Of a DNA stretch of 38,425 nucleotides, positions 1 through 9,917 are shown piece by piece; within the stretch, counting starts at the first letter, position 1; the number at the start of each line of letters is the position of its first letter. The stretch lies in the IMG/VR virus record IMGVR_UViG_3300038608_000020, positions 1 to 38,425 of that record. The stretch is one strand, 5' to 3'. The position numbers were made by a program, and so were the translations under genes. The notes beneath the pieces were generated by a model. The model searched no databases. It worked only from the letters and a program-made list of their open reading frames with translations, and was not told where the DNA came from. Source of the stretch: a virus (lineage: Duplodnaviria; Caudoviricetes).

Positions 1-8
1 ATTTCAAG
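1..8 (+). repeat. Terminal direct repeat ATTTCAAG (second copy at 38418-38425)
   Basis: Identical first and last 8 nt; merging them keeps the reading frame open. Confidence 0.85.
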
Positions 9-367
9 CTGGCGGCATCACTCTGAAGGTTTGGGGGCTGTACAAGAAGCACTTCATCACCTCCCAGAACTTTGCCGAATGCCTTGAGCGCTTAGCTGAT
101 CGCTTCGAAAAGATGTTTGACGAGGATGAGCCCGACGCAAAGCCGTACACGAACATAGATGAATTCATGGGTTTGCTCGGCTTCTGCGGTTTTCACGGAG
201 GCGTTTGCGGGCCGAGGCATGCACAGATGAAAGAGTGGGTCTTGAAATATTGGGACTACTTCAACCTGAATATTCAGAAGTCCTTGTGGATTGAATACCA
301 GGCCGTCGAAACCGTGACAAAGCAAGTGCTTGTCGGCGTTCACTGCAACCAGCAGCGGAGTAACTGA
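2..367 (+). CDS. 3' part of a hypothetical protein that starts at 38356 and crosses the join (about 142 aa in total)
   Basis: Frame 2 is open from base 2 to the stop at 365-367 and is continuous with [21 protein letters not shown] from 38356. Confidence 0.8.
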   Translation, partial: FQAGGITLKVWGLYKKHFITSQNFAECLERLADRFEKMFDEDEPDAKPYTNIDEFMGLLGFCGFHGGVCGPRHAQMKEWVLKYWDYFNLNIQKSLWIEYQAVETVTKQVLVGVHCNQQRSN

Positions 368-368
368 C

Positions 369-869
369 ATGGCCGAAGAACTGAAATTGAATTTTACTCG
401 ACAGCAATGGGCATGCTGCGAACCAAAGTTTATGTCGCCAGCGGCCGTAATGCATGCCATGCAACGTGCCAAGCAAGATATAGAGTCACTGCATCGTTAC
501 GCAGAAACGCTAAGCAACAAACTGCTCAGCCAATGGGGCGACGCTGTTGCGTGGCAAGCCGGATTCATCGAATCGGGAGACGCATTGGATGCCTGGGAAA
601 CTTGCTCAAAGGAGCATCACGACCTTGTTAAGCGCTGTCCGAATGAATGGCCAGGCTACGAAGTCAGGGCGCTCTACACCCACCCAGCCGACCAAGTGGC
701 AGAGCCTGGCGCTGTCGCTGTGCAACTGCTCGCAGCGTTTCCGCTGTTTGATGACGCAAACCTTAGCGAATCAACCCACCATTGCGAGTGGCACATTCTG
801 CAAGAGCGTAAGCGGTTACACGCGATGCTTGACCGTCTGCTGGCCAAAAGTGAAGGGGTGAAGCCATGA
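369..869 (+). CDS. Hypothetical early protein (MAEELKLNF...)
   Basis: ATG directly after the upstream stop; AWETCSKE...YEVRALYTHP segment typical of mosaic phage accessory proteins. Confidence 0.75.
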   Translation: MAEELKLNFTRQQWACCEPKFMSPAAVMHAMQRAKQDIESLHRYAETLSNKLLSQWGDAVAWQAGFIESGDALDAWETCSKEHHDLVKRCPNEWPGYEVRALYTHPADQVAEPGAVAVQLLAAFPLFDDANLSESTHHCEWHILQERKRLHAMLDRLLAKSEGVKP

Positions 870-1189
870 CCGAGCCAGTTAAGAAGTGGGATCACGTCAC
901 AAGGTGGGGCGATCACCTGCAAATCAAGTCAACCATGATGGGCCTGAGCGAGACCGGCAAGTATGTGCTTGCCACTGACTACGAGCGCCTAGAGCAAGAG
1001 TTTGCGGACCTGGCCGAGCGCTATGGGGAGCTGCAAACCGGCGAAGGCCACATGACTCACCGCGTTATTGCCGAACGCGACACCGCCCTGCAACTGCTCG
1101 CTCAGTGCCAGGAACACCTACACCCGCACCGCGATGCTGTTCTGTGGGGCCAGGTTGTGGAAGCGCTACGATGTGCACCCACCAAATAG
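866..1189 (+). CDS. Hypothetical early protein
   Basis: ATGA overlap with upstream gene; GKYVLATDY motif common in phage accessory proteins. Confidence 0.75.
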   Translation: MTEPVKKWDHVTRWGDHLQIKSTMMGLSETGKYVLATDYERLEQEFADLAERYGELQTGEGHMTHRVIAERDTALQLLAQCQEHLHPHRDAVLWGQVVEALRCAPTK

Positions 1190-1327
1190 ACGGCCGGCCA
1201 GCCTGGGTGTTCACATTTCCCAGGCATATCCGCTGACCGCTATGCGGCGCAGTAGGCCGGCGCAACGCTACCAAATCAGAGCGCGCCGAGTTTCATCGGG
1301 GCGGGTGGATATATATAACTGCAAAAT

Positions 1328-1357
1328 AAAAAGCCCGGCACAATGCCGGGCTTTCTT
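1328..1357. terminator. Bidirectional intrinsic terminator between the convergent early and late arms
   Basis: AAAAAGCCCGGCA-CAA-TGCCGGGCTTTCTT stem-loop with A and T tails. Confidence 0.85.
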
Positions 1358-1370
1358 CATGTCATAAACG

Positions 1371-3530
1371 TCAGGTTAGTGTCACTGCATAAGTAATATT
1401 TACGTCATTCGTTGCCCCGAATGCCGCGCCAGTTTGCAAGTTTAAAAACAATGCTCGGTTTGTTCCGTCTCGTTCTATTTTCTGAGTACTTGCCGGCATA
1501 TCCATACCCATATCTCCCCCGCTAGGGATTACTACGGTTAAAGTAGTATCGCCGGCACCAGGCGACGCACCGCCTACGTCAAGGCGCACAGTGCAAGTAT
1601 CTGCTGCCGCCCCAAGCAATGAGACTTTTACCCATTCAAGCACATAATTTCCAGCTAACGACGCACCGCCAAAAACCGAGTTTTTCGGATAAACATCGAT
1701 ATTAGCGCTATTCCCTGGATTTAAGACACTGTGCACCATCGTAAACCGTGATTCGTTGTACCAAGAGTTTCTTGGTGTACCTGATTCATCTCTAACATAA
1801 AGGCCACTGCCTAACGATTCTACGGCAGCTTTGGACACTTCATTTCCATAGGTGCCCGGCAGCGCATAGATAAAGTCCGGGTTGTTGCTAGCATGACCTT
1901 CAAGGCGTACACCAGTTATTTTGTTAGAGTGTGCTTTATTCGCATAAATGCTGTAAGTGCTAGTTGCGTCTGGACGAGTTCCCCATGGCTCACGCAATGT
2001 CAACACTGTTGCGGTATTACTACCGATCAAGCGCGACTGCCCCGCGCCAGCCCCTCCGGTAATGCGTACCCCATAGTTAACAAAGGCGTTAACGGTCCAA
2101 GCTTTTGCGGTATCCGCCAGGGTTAACTGGCCGTTGGAGCCGGATGAGGTGCCAGAATCCACGGATGGGTTAAAGTTCAGACGGAAGCAGGCGAACTTCA
2201 TACTCTCCGCGCTGATGTCAGAGAACAGGTTGCCGTTGCCGGCGCGAATGTCTCCGAAGTACCCGAAGCCCGCCGCCCGGTTGATTGGGCCGATAATGTT
2301 GGCGTTCGGACCATTGCTGCCGCCTGCCCACAAACCCTGGGCGAAGAGAAGCGCGGTTTGGGTGAAGTTAATCCCGCCCGCGCCGTCACCGCCGAACAGC
2401 CCGGGCGATTTGATGCGATTGTAATAGGGGCTGGAACCGTTGTTACCCTGACCCTGGAAGACTACCGCGTTAGTTCGCTTAGTCTGCGCGCCGATATTGA
2501 ACTCGGAGTAGGCAAAACTGGTGAACTCGACAATCACGCTCGCGTCGTTAGCGGCCGAATCGCTTATGACCGTCAGGTTCTTAATCGAACATTCGTTGAT
2601 GGTAACAAGCGAGGTTGCGCCGCCCACGTCACCAGAGAACAACGTCCCGCCGGCCGCGTTAACAAACCGGATTTTAGAGCAGCTAAAACCAGCCCCGATC
2701 AAATGCACGCCGGTCTTCTTGAGGAAAATAGTTCCAGTAACTTTCATGGTGCCCATAGGCAGCAGCACTAACACGGGGCCGGCAACGCTATCAATCGCAG
2801 CTTGAACACCGGCCGTATCATCGGCGACCCCATCCGCAATGACACCGTGGTTAATAGCCATAACCGCATGCCGCAACAGGTCCGCCGAGATTTCAGCAAC
2901 CGCGGCAATTGTATCGCGTAGAGCCTTGCCTACAGTGTCTATCGGATATGGCGGCGTTGCGGAATAACCAACTTGCCCAGCTCCTTTTATGGAATCTGTA
3001 AAATTAGCCAGGCTCAAAGCAAGATCGGCAGAAGAGCCAGATACTGGCGCGACCGCTATAGGATTACCGCTACTACCGAAGCCAAGCAAAAGATTAGCGC
3101 GGCTGACAGAAGGCGGCAATCTTGCCGGCTCTGGATCAGTGTCAGGAACGCGCAGGGCCTTACTGATGTTGGCTGAACCCTGTTGCGCCAACATAGTCAG
3201 CTTGTCCAATGCTCGTTCGTGTGAGGCGGACGGAAAAGGATCGTTGGCCGGATAATCGGTTTCCTGTGTGGCTGGAACATTGCGGCTTATAACCAATGTT
3301 GTCCCAGTCGCTGGCGCTACAGTCGCCGTCAGCGTTCCGCCCGCCTGCACTCCGGCACCGGTCAGGGTGTAATCTACGTTCAGAGTTAGCGTGACTTCCG
3401 CGCCGGTCGAATCTGTACGCTTTATCACCTTTAGGTGAGTGTTTTCCAAGAAGTAGTAAGGGATGGCAAACACGGTGGTGCTGCCATTGCCGGTATAGGA
3501 AACACTGCTCTGTTCGCTGGGAACTGTCAT
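1371..3530 (-). CDS. Tailspike / receptor-binding protein (T7 gp17-like N-terminal anchor plus pectate-lyase-like beta-helix, probable depolymerase)
   Basis: N-terminal YTGNGSTTVFAIPY...HERALDKLTMLAQQ anchor; HGVIADGVADDTAGVQAAID beta-helix cap; last gene of the virion operon. Confidence 0.85.
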   Translation of the reverse strand: MTVPSEQSSVSYTGNGSTTVFAIPYYFLENTHLKVIKRTDSTGAEVTLTLNVDYTLTGAGVQAGGTLTATVAPATGTTLVISRNVPATQETDYPANDPFPSASHERALDKLTMLAQQGSANISKALRVPDTDPEPARLPPSVSRANLLLGFGSSGNPIAVAPVSGSSADLALSLANFTDSIKGAGQVGYSATPPYPIDTVGKALRDTIAAVAEISADLLRHAVMAINHGVIADGVADDTAGVQAAIDSVAGPVLVLLPMGTMKVTGTIFLKKTGVHLIGAGFSCSKIRFVNAAGGTLFSGDVGGATSLVTINECSIKNLTVISDSAANDASVIVEFTSFAYSEFNIGAQTKRTNAVVFQGQGNNGSSPYYNRIKSPGLFGGDGAGGINFTQTALLFAQGLWAGGSNGPNANIIGPINRAAGFGYFGDIRAGNGNLFSDISAESMKFACFRLNFNPSVDSGTSSGSNGQLTLADTAKAWTVNAFVNYGVRITGGAGAGQSRLIGSNTATVLTLREPWGTRPDATSTYSIYANKAHSNKITGVRLEGHASNNPDFIYALPGTYGNEVSKAAVESLGSGLYVRDESGTPRNSWYNESRFTMVHSVLNPGNSANIDVYPKNSVFGGASLAGNYVLEWVKVSLLGAAADTCTVRLDVGGASPGAGDTTLTVVIPSGGDMGMDMPASTQKIERDGTNRALFLNLQTGAAFGATNDVNITYAVTLT

Positions 3531-3600
3531 CGCACTACCTCACTTGGGCGCAATAGGAATTCTTGATTGTTCTCTTTTTTGATTCGCTGTTCCATCATTC

Positions 3601-6036
3601 TCAGCGCCCACCTATCGCAGCTGCCAGATCCGGCGCGCGTTCCGGCACCGTTTCGCCCGGTTCCCACCAGAACGACTGGTTGAATTCGGTTTTTGCTCGG
3701 CGCTCCATGCGCCGCAGGTAACCCGGAGATAACAACTCCTGCAGGTCGTGGATCACCGCATGTTCAAACGCCGCCTTAGTGTACCAACTGCGGATGAACG
3801 GTGTGTTCTGATAGCCAATGCGCAGCAGGTTGGCGCCGACATCGCTGGGCTCAGTGCCTTCCTTGAACAGGCTGCCGATGACCAGACCGAGATCGGCGGC
3901 GGTGCCAAACACCGGCCCGAGCAAGCCGGTCAAGTTGGCCTGACCACCGCGGTTCTCGCCGCCCAAGCCAGTGTTGAGGATGTCGCCGAAAATGCCTACG
4001 CCGCCGCCGCGCAACATGGCTTGCACCCAGAACTTCGGATCTGTTACCTCGCGCGGGTCGCGGCCGTTCATGATGTCCAGCAATTGGTTGGTCATGGCCC
4101 CGGCCATCAGCAGACTGGTAAACACCGAGGCGGAATAAGCCAGCTTTCCGGCCGTGGTTTCGATCTGTGCCGCGCGCTTCCAGTGGCGCTCAAACATGGC
4201 CACGCCGAAGGATTTGAACAGGGTCGCATGGCGCAACGCCTCACCGCCGATCGCGCCGGCTTGGGTGCCTTGGCGCAGGGTGGCGCGGGTCATCAGACCC
4301 GGTTGCAGCGAGGTGAATTCGGATTCCTCCTGGATGTAGCCGAGCAGCTTGCCGATGGCATCGTTCTTCTGCGCCGCGCTGAAGTTTTGCAAGCGCGCCA
4401 CTGCCTCCGGGGTGAGCATGGCCTGGCCGCGCCAATCCTCGGGCGTAGCGGCTTGCCAGACGGCCCAGTCGTCTTGAGTAATGCCATGCCGTTCAAGACG
4501 CCCTTGCAGCTTGGCGTCCTCGCCCCAAGCCTTGCGCGTGTCGCCGGCCAGACGCGACATGATCTCCACCGAAAACCCGCGGCGCATCGCGTTTGTCCAG
4601 CCTTCCAGCAGGGTGATTTTCATGGTTGCATTGGCCAGCTTCGAGGTCCAGCCGCTGGCCAGGTTGTCGCTGTGGAAGCCGACCATGTCGGTGGTGATGC
4701 TGTCCATGCCGAGCGCCATGCGCGCCGCCTCGGCCCGATAATCCGGCGAGACGCTTTTCAGCGCGCTGACCAACGTCTTGCCCAGCGGCAGGCCATGATA
4801 GGCCGAGGTTATAGCCAGCGATTGCACATCGCCGATCACCGAAGCAATCAGGGTCGATTGCAGCTTGGCCGCTACCATGAAGTTGCGGATGCCCTGGTTG
4901 AACTCGGCAAACCGCGCGTTGACTGGCACGCCGAGGCTGCCATTCAGTACGCCCCAGACCATATCCGGGGTGGCGCCGAACTCCGTACCGGCCAGTATAT
5001 TGTCGCCGATGCCGTCCTTCTGCTTGGCCGTGTCCTGTAGCAGCCGATAGGTCTGCGCCGCGCTCGGGCCAAGCTGCTCGAGCAGCACCGTGTCCTTGAT
5101 CTGGCCATGTACCGAATTCTGCATGGCCTCAAAGACTGAGGTCGGGCCGAAATCGCGCATGTATTCCAGGTAGGCATCGCCATCCTTGAAATGAATCTGC
5201 CGATGGGCGCCGTCATGCTTGGCCGCGCGGCTGGCCCCGACAGCCCCCGGAGTCATTTTGTTCAGACCATCGGTGCTCAGGGTTTCATAAGCGGCCCGCA
5301 GGAACTCGGTCAGCGCGCCATCGTCCATCTGCGTGCCGTCCTCGTTGAGATAACGGCGCCGATCCAGTCGCCCCAGCACATAATTGACCCATGGCCCAAC
5401 CTTGGCCCGGCGCACCTTGACCAAACTGTGAGGCTGCGGCAGCCAGCCATAGTCCAGCCGACCGATGTTGGCGCCGGCGGCATTCTGCCGTTCGCGGTTG
5501 GCGTCCATCTGCTCGCGCCAGACCTTGGCCCCGCGTTTCGCCACGGCGTTGCCGGTGTCCTGGTCGAAGACTTCGTGGACGAAGTCACGCTCGGCCGCTT
5601 TGTTGGTGAATAACCCGAAGAATTTCGGCTCGGCCGCCAGGATGGTGTCCATGATCGAGCTGAAGGCGCGGTTGCGCTCACCCTTGACCCGGCTGTCAAT
5701 CTGTCGCAGACGTTCGAACAACGCCGAGGTGAAGGGCTGCGTACCGCCGAGCACCGTCGCTCGTTCGGCTTGGTTGGCCAGTTCGCGGGTCTGTGCCAAC
5801 AGGTTCAGGCTTTTGCGCTGGGCGGCCTTCTCCACGGTGGCGATATGATCGGCCATCGCCGCTTGGGCGCCGGCCAGTTGCCGCTGTTGTTCGGTCATGG
5901 CATTGAACCGAGTCGGCTCGGTGCGGGCCAGATCACGCATGTGAAAGCTGATCCGATCCTCGATGGCCTGGGCCTCGGCTTTCTTGAGTGGCCGGCCGAG
6001 CAGTTGGCTGACCTCGTCGATGCAATCGGCGCGCAT
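3601..6036 (-). CDS. Internal virion / DNA ejection protein (large)
   Basis: 811 aa, helical, hydrophobic Gly-rich C-terminus; third of three large core genes before the tailspike. Confidence 0.75.
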   Translation of the reverse strand: MRADCIDEVSQLLGRPLKKAEAQAIEDRISFHMRDLARTEPTRFNAMTEQQRQLAGAQAAMADHIATVEKAAQRKSLNLLAQTRELANQAERATVLGGTQPFTSALFERLRQIDSRVKGERNRAFSSIMDTILAAEPKFFGLFTNKAAERDFVHEVFDQDTGNAVAKRGAKVWREQMDANRERQNAAGANIGRLDYGWLPQPHSLVKVRRAKVGPWVNYVLGRLDRRRYLNEDGTQMDDGALTEFLRAAYETLSTDGLNKMTPGAVGASRAAKHDGAHRQIHFKDGDAYLEYMRDFGPTSVFEAMQNSVHGQIKDTVLLEQLGPSAAQTYRLLQDTAKQKDGIGDNILAGTEFGATPDMVWGVLNGSLGVPVNARFAEFNQGIRNFMVAAKLQSTLIASVIGDVQSLAITSAYHGLPLGKTLVSALKSVSPDYRAEAARMALGMDSITTDMVGFHSDNLASGWTSKLANATMKITLLEGWTNAMRRGFSVEIMSRLAGDTRKAWGEDAKLQGRLERHGITQDDWAVWQAATPEDWRGQAMLTPEAVARLQNFSAAQKNDAIGKLLGYIQEESEFTSLQPGLMTRATLRQGTQAGAIGGEALRHATLFKSFGVAMFERHWKRAAQIETTAGKLAYSASVFTSLLMAGAMTNQLLDIMNGRDPREVTDPKFWVQAMLRGGGVGIFGDILNTGLGGENRGGQANLTGLLGPVFGTAADLGLVIGSLFKEGTEPSDVGANLLRIGYQNTPFIRSWYTKAAFEHAVIHDLQELLSPGYLRRMERRAKTEFNQSFWWEPGETVPERAPDLAAAIGGR

Positions 6037-6048
6037 GGTGACTCCTAG

Positions 6049-7944
6049 TTAGAGACGCAGGAAACAGGCAATAGCCTTGTCATAGACTGAGGCCTCGCGC
6101 AGACCGGCATCCCGCTCGGCCAACAACTCGGCCAGGGCCTCGTCGGCGCGCAGGGCAATCGGCTGGCCATCGGCGTCGAAACCGCTGCGGACCACCGCAT
6201 TCGGCTGGCGGGCAATGGCGGTGCGCAGCAGCTGTACTTCGGGCGGTTCTGCCGCCGCGCGAGCGCCAGGCGCTGCTGGTTCTGCGGTCGGCTCGGCCAC
6301 CCGGACAGCCGGTGCGGCACTCGGCGCAGCGGTTGGCTCCGGCTCTATCGCGCGGACAGCCGGGATGGACAGTGTTTCCGGCGGCAGACTGGCGGCGTGC
6401 TCGGCCACCAGCCGGTCAAGTTCTTTCTTGGCGCTGCGCTCGACCCGTTGCCGCGGCGTGAGATTGGCTTCGCGGACTTGCCCGGCCAGTGGCCGGCGTT
6501 GGAAGCCATGGGCCAATTCATCGGCGCGGGCATTGATGCGCTCTTTCATGCCCCGCGGCAGTTCGCCGCGTTCCAATGTTGCCAGCTCGGCTCTGGCCTG
6601 TTCGGCACTGCGATTGGCGGCCAGACTCTCATCGATGGTGGCCTGGCGCTGATTGAGCGCAGCGCGCTCGGCGGCGATGGCCTGACGTGCAGAGGTTTCG
6701 GCCTGCTTGCGACTCTGACCCTGACTCTGGAATTCCTTGGCGCGCGCCCGAAAGCTGTCATCTAATGCGGCCAGGCTGCGCTGAATCCCTGTTAGTTCCG
6801 TTTTCAAGTCACGCACGTTCGGCAGCAGATCGGCCGCTCGTTGCTCCAGTTCGGCGCGTACCGTCGGCTCGAGCTCGGCGCGCGCGCTAATCAATAGCTC
6901 AGCCCGGGGTGGAACGATCTGCGCTACTTCATCACTGGCCCGCAGGAACTCGGCGGCATGGATGCTCTCGGGCAATGCCACCGGCTCTCCGCGATTGAGC
7001 TGTTCGATAGCGCCGCGCAGAGCGTCTTGATGGGCAATCGCCGATTTCGGGTTGAGCGGTAGACCAGGGGCAGTGGCGACCTCGAAATGCTGGGCATTGT
7101 TCTCGGTCAACGCGGCTTGCACCTGTTCGGTATTCGGGCGACGCATGCCGGCCCGGCCGATACCGAGAAATGCCGCTCCCAGGATCGCATCGATAGCCAG
7201 CGCCTGGCCATCCATCGCCTGATATTGCGCGGACTGGGCGGTATACCCGGCACTGTCCAGCAATTGCCCGGTTAGCCCCCGGCTGGCGGCGCCCAGGCCG
7301 ACATTGGCGCCCACTGCAATGCCCAGGTCACCCAGTAGCGGCCTGACGAAGCGGGCCGCCGGTAGCAACGCGCCAACGCCAAGCGTGGCCCCTTCGATCA
7401 CGCCCTTGAGCGTCGCGGTAGCCGGATCAATGCCTTCGGCTTCGGCCACCACCTTCCCGGCGAATCCAGCCGGCGCCCCCGCCGCTACGGCGCCCCCGAT
7501 CGGGCCACCGGCCAAGGCGCCAAGCACGGTGCGCGGCAACACGGCGCCCGCTTCGCTGAGGATCTGGGAAGCCCATCCGGTGGTAGTTGGATCGGGACGC
7601 AGGTCGAGCACGGCGCGGGCCGTATCGGTGCCGATCGCGCTGACCTTCTGCTGAATGGCATCGCGTTCTTCTTCGGTGATCGGCGACACGCTTTCGCCAT
7701 CCGGGCCAAACACATCGCCAAAGGTCAGGCTCTGTGCGGCCAGATTGCCGCTGGCCTGGGCGAACAAGGCCTCGAATGCGCCAGCGCCCTCGAATGCGCC
7801 GCGCACCAGCCCCTGGCCCAGCGCCCCATAGGCACCGGCGAAGGCTCCCGGTTCCGGCCGCTCGGCAGTCTCGGCAGTGTAAGCGATGCGCTGCGCCTGG
7901 CTAAGCAGCTCGCCCTCTTCCACCGTGTCATCGAGCCAGCTCAT
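6049..7944 (-). CDS. Internal virion / DNA ejection protein
   Basis: 631 aa with Gly/Ala-rich hydrophobic segments and coiled-coil; synteny. Confidence 0.7.
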   Translation of the reverse strand: MSWLDDTVEEGELLSQAQRIAYTAETAERPEPGAFAGAYGALGQGLVRGAFEGAGAFEALFAQASGNLAAQSLTFGDVFGPDGESVSPITEEERDAIQQKVSAIGTDTARAVLDLRPDPTTTGWASQILSEAGAVLPRTVLGALAGGPIGGAVAAGAPAGFAGKVVAEAEGIDPATATLKGVIEGATLGVGALLPAARFVRPLLGDLGIAVGANVGLGAASRGLTGQLLDSAGYTAQSAQYQAMDGQALAIDAILGAAFLGIGRAGMRRPNTEQVQAALTENNAQHFEVATAPGLPLNPKSAIAHQDALRGAIEQLNRGEPVALPESIHAAEFLRASDEVAQIVPPRAELLISARAELEPTVRAELEQRAADLLPNVRDLKTELTGIQRSLAALDDSFRARAKEFQSQGQSRKQAETSARQAIAAERAALNQRQATIDESLAANRSAEQARAELATLERGELPRGMKERINARADELAHGFQRRPLAGQVREANLTPRQRVERSAKKELDRLVAEHAASLPPETLSIPAVRAIEPEPTAAPSAAPAVRVAEPTAEPAAPGARAAAEPPEVQLLRTAIARQPNAVVRSGFDADGQPIALRADEALAELLAERDAGLREASVYDKAIACFLRL

Positions 7945-9917
7945 TTGATCCTCACGATCAGCGGCTGCTGAGTCTGCGGATCAAGCTGCGCGCGTGTACC
8001 ATTCATCAAGAAATACGCGTCTTGAATCGGTTTGCCGCGGGCATCCACGGCCGGCGTCAACGGCATGTCCTCCAGTTGATCGAGCGCCAAACCGGAACGG
8101 GTGGCCAGGCCCTGCAACTCGATGTCGACGATCTGATCGAAGAGCTTGTCGGACAATCCATAGGGCTTGATTACCTTGGTTCCGGCACGTACGGCGATGC
8201 CGCCAGTGGCCAATGCCAGAGCCTTCTTCGATAGCTTGTTGACAACTTCCGCCTGGGGTCCATGGGTCACGCCATCCGGCCCGGCCATGCCGGCATACAG
8301 CGATTTGTAGGCCAGGTAGGCTTGTTCGCGCTGCGGTGTGCCTGGCACCAACGCCATCCCCACCGATGAATCGAATTCCTCACGGAAGCGCTCCTCGCTC
8401 GGCATAGACACCGACTTGTCGGCCAGCACCTTGCTCCCGGCCAGCAAGACCTGCGGCACATCGGTGCCATCCTCGCCTTTGAGCCCGCGGAATTGCGCCA
8501 GGCCAGCCAACATGGTGGCCGGCGAATCGGCCGCCAATGGTTTCAGCGCGGCGAGATAATCGGAACCGGACGGCGAAGCGGCAGCCAGGGCGCTCAACAA
8601 TTGCAGCTTTGACTTATCATCGGCCTGGGCCACATAGGCCTTGAGCTGGGCAGCCTCTTCGGGACGCCAGGGATTGCGCGCCACTTCCGGCCCGTACTGG
8701 GTGCGCAAGGCATTCACGGTATCGAAGCGCTGCGCCAGCTGATCGCTGAACTGTTGTTGTTGGCCGGGCGTATCGATAGCAGCCAGATCCAGGGGCGGAA
8801 TGCTCTCACCGGTGCGCAGGGCATTGAATGCCAGTGGCTGCTCGCGCAACATCTTTACATTCTGCTCCACCGCCCCCTCCAGGCGCTTGATGTTGGCCTG
8901 CTCGGTGAGGCTGGCGCCTTCGGTGGCCATCTGTTGGCGCTTCTGTTCCAGGTACTGCACCTGCACGTCAATCGGCTGGCGCAGCAGGCCTTGCACTTCG
9001 TTCATCTGTTCGATGCGCGTGTTGTACTCGGGCGCCAAGCTGGTGCCGCGCAGCGCATCTTGCCAGCGCAGTTGATCCTCCGGAGTGGCCGGAATGCCGC
9101 TGGCGGCCTGTTTATCCATCTGATCCAGAACTCGCCCGGCGGCCACTTCTCGACGTAGGGCAATCATCTCGCCGCGTTCGGCCAGACGCTGGTGCTGCTG
9201 CTGGGCATAGTCGATCAGTTGCTGCTGACGCTCAGCCGGTAGCGAGTCGAACGACCAGCGCGAGCCCTGCTTAAAACTGGCATTCGGGTTCTGGTCGGCA
9301 ATCGCCCGTTCGGCGGTCCAAGCGATTTCCTGCATGGCTTGAACAGTGGCATCGCGTTTGTACTCCGGCGCCAGTTGCAGGCTATCCACCGCCTCTTTGT
9401 AGCTGGCGGCGAAACGTTGAGCTTCGCCCGGGCTGCCAAGCACAGCGCGTTTGTAGTTCTCGCGTACCTGATCCAGCCCAGCGATCTTGTGCCGCGCAGT
9501 TTCCTGCGACTGCCAGCCGATGGCTTGGCGGCCCAGGGATGAGCGCATATCGTCCAGACGCGCACGCATAGCCTGCTCACCTTCACGGGTCTGCAACCCC
9601 TGGGTGGCGGTCTTCTGGTATTCGTCGATGGCGCCGAAGACTTGCTCTGGATAATTGTCAGCGCCCGGCTGGTAGTTGTTTTTCAGTTCATCCAGTTTCG
9701 AGGTAAGGTCCAGCTCGGCCTGGCTGGTACGCTTGGCGATCTCCAGTTTGTCGGTCTCGAGCTTCTTCGCCTGTTCCTTGGCTGCCAAGTCCTGGCCAAT
9801 GGCGCCGACCACGCGGCCGAGGCTTTGCAGGCCGCTGCTGACATCCGGCTCAATCGGACGCACCTCAAGCTGCCCGCTCGGGGTGGTTTGCTGGCTGTAG
9901 ATCGGGATGCGTGCCAT
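7941..9917 (-). CDS. Internal virion / DNA ejection protein (T7 gp15-like position)
   Basis: MARIPIY N-terminus, helical Q/A-rich sequence; follows the gp14-like gene. Confidence 0.7.
   Translation of the reverse strand: MARIPIYSQQTTPSGQLEVRPIEPDVSSGLQSLGRVVGAIGQDLAAKEQAKKLETDKLEIAKRTSQAELDLTSKLDELKNNYQPGADNYPEQVFGAIDEYQKTATQGLQTREGEQAMRARLDDMRSSLGRQAIGWQSQETARHKIAGLDQVRENYKRAVLGSPGEAQRFAASYKEAVDSLQLAPEYKRDATVQAMQEIAWTAERAIADQNPNASFKQGSRWSFDSLPAERQQQLIDYAQQQHQRLAERGEMIALRREVAAGRVLDQMDKQAASGIPATPEDQLRWQDALRGTSLAPEYNTRIEQMNEVQGLLRQPIDVQVQYLEQKRQQMATEGASLTEQANIKRLEGAVEQNVKMLREQPLAFNALRTGESIPPLDLAAIDTPGQQQQFSDQLAQRFDTVNALRTQYGPEVARNPWRPEEAAQLKAYVAQADDKSKLQLLSALAAASPSGSDYLAALKPLAADSPATMLAGLAQFRGLKGEDGTDVPQVLLAGSKVLADKSVSMPSEERFREEFDSSVGMALVPGTPQREQAYLAYKSLYAGMAGPDGVTHGPQAEVVNKLSKKALALATGGIAVRAGTKVIKPYGLSDKLFDQIVDIELQGLATRSGLALDQLEDMPLTPAVDARGKPIQDAYFLMNGTRAQLDPQTQQPLIVRIK

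Noticed and set aside
1-8. 8-bp terminal repeat as an att core or physical terminal repeat
   Set aside because: It falls mid-gene with no recombinase; more simply the residual overlap of a circular assembly
862-878. 17-bp match AGCCATGACCGAGCCAG shared in inverted orientation with the start of ORF 24846-25085
   Set aside because: Single short match at two MTEP gene starts with no further similarity; no invertase gene present
1190-1327. Hammerhead ribozyme, tRNA or dif site
   Set aside because: No CUGANGA/GAAA core, no TTC-loop cloverleaf, and no XerC/D consensus recognised
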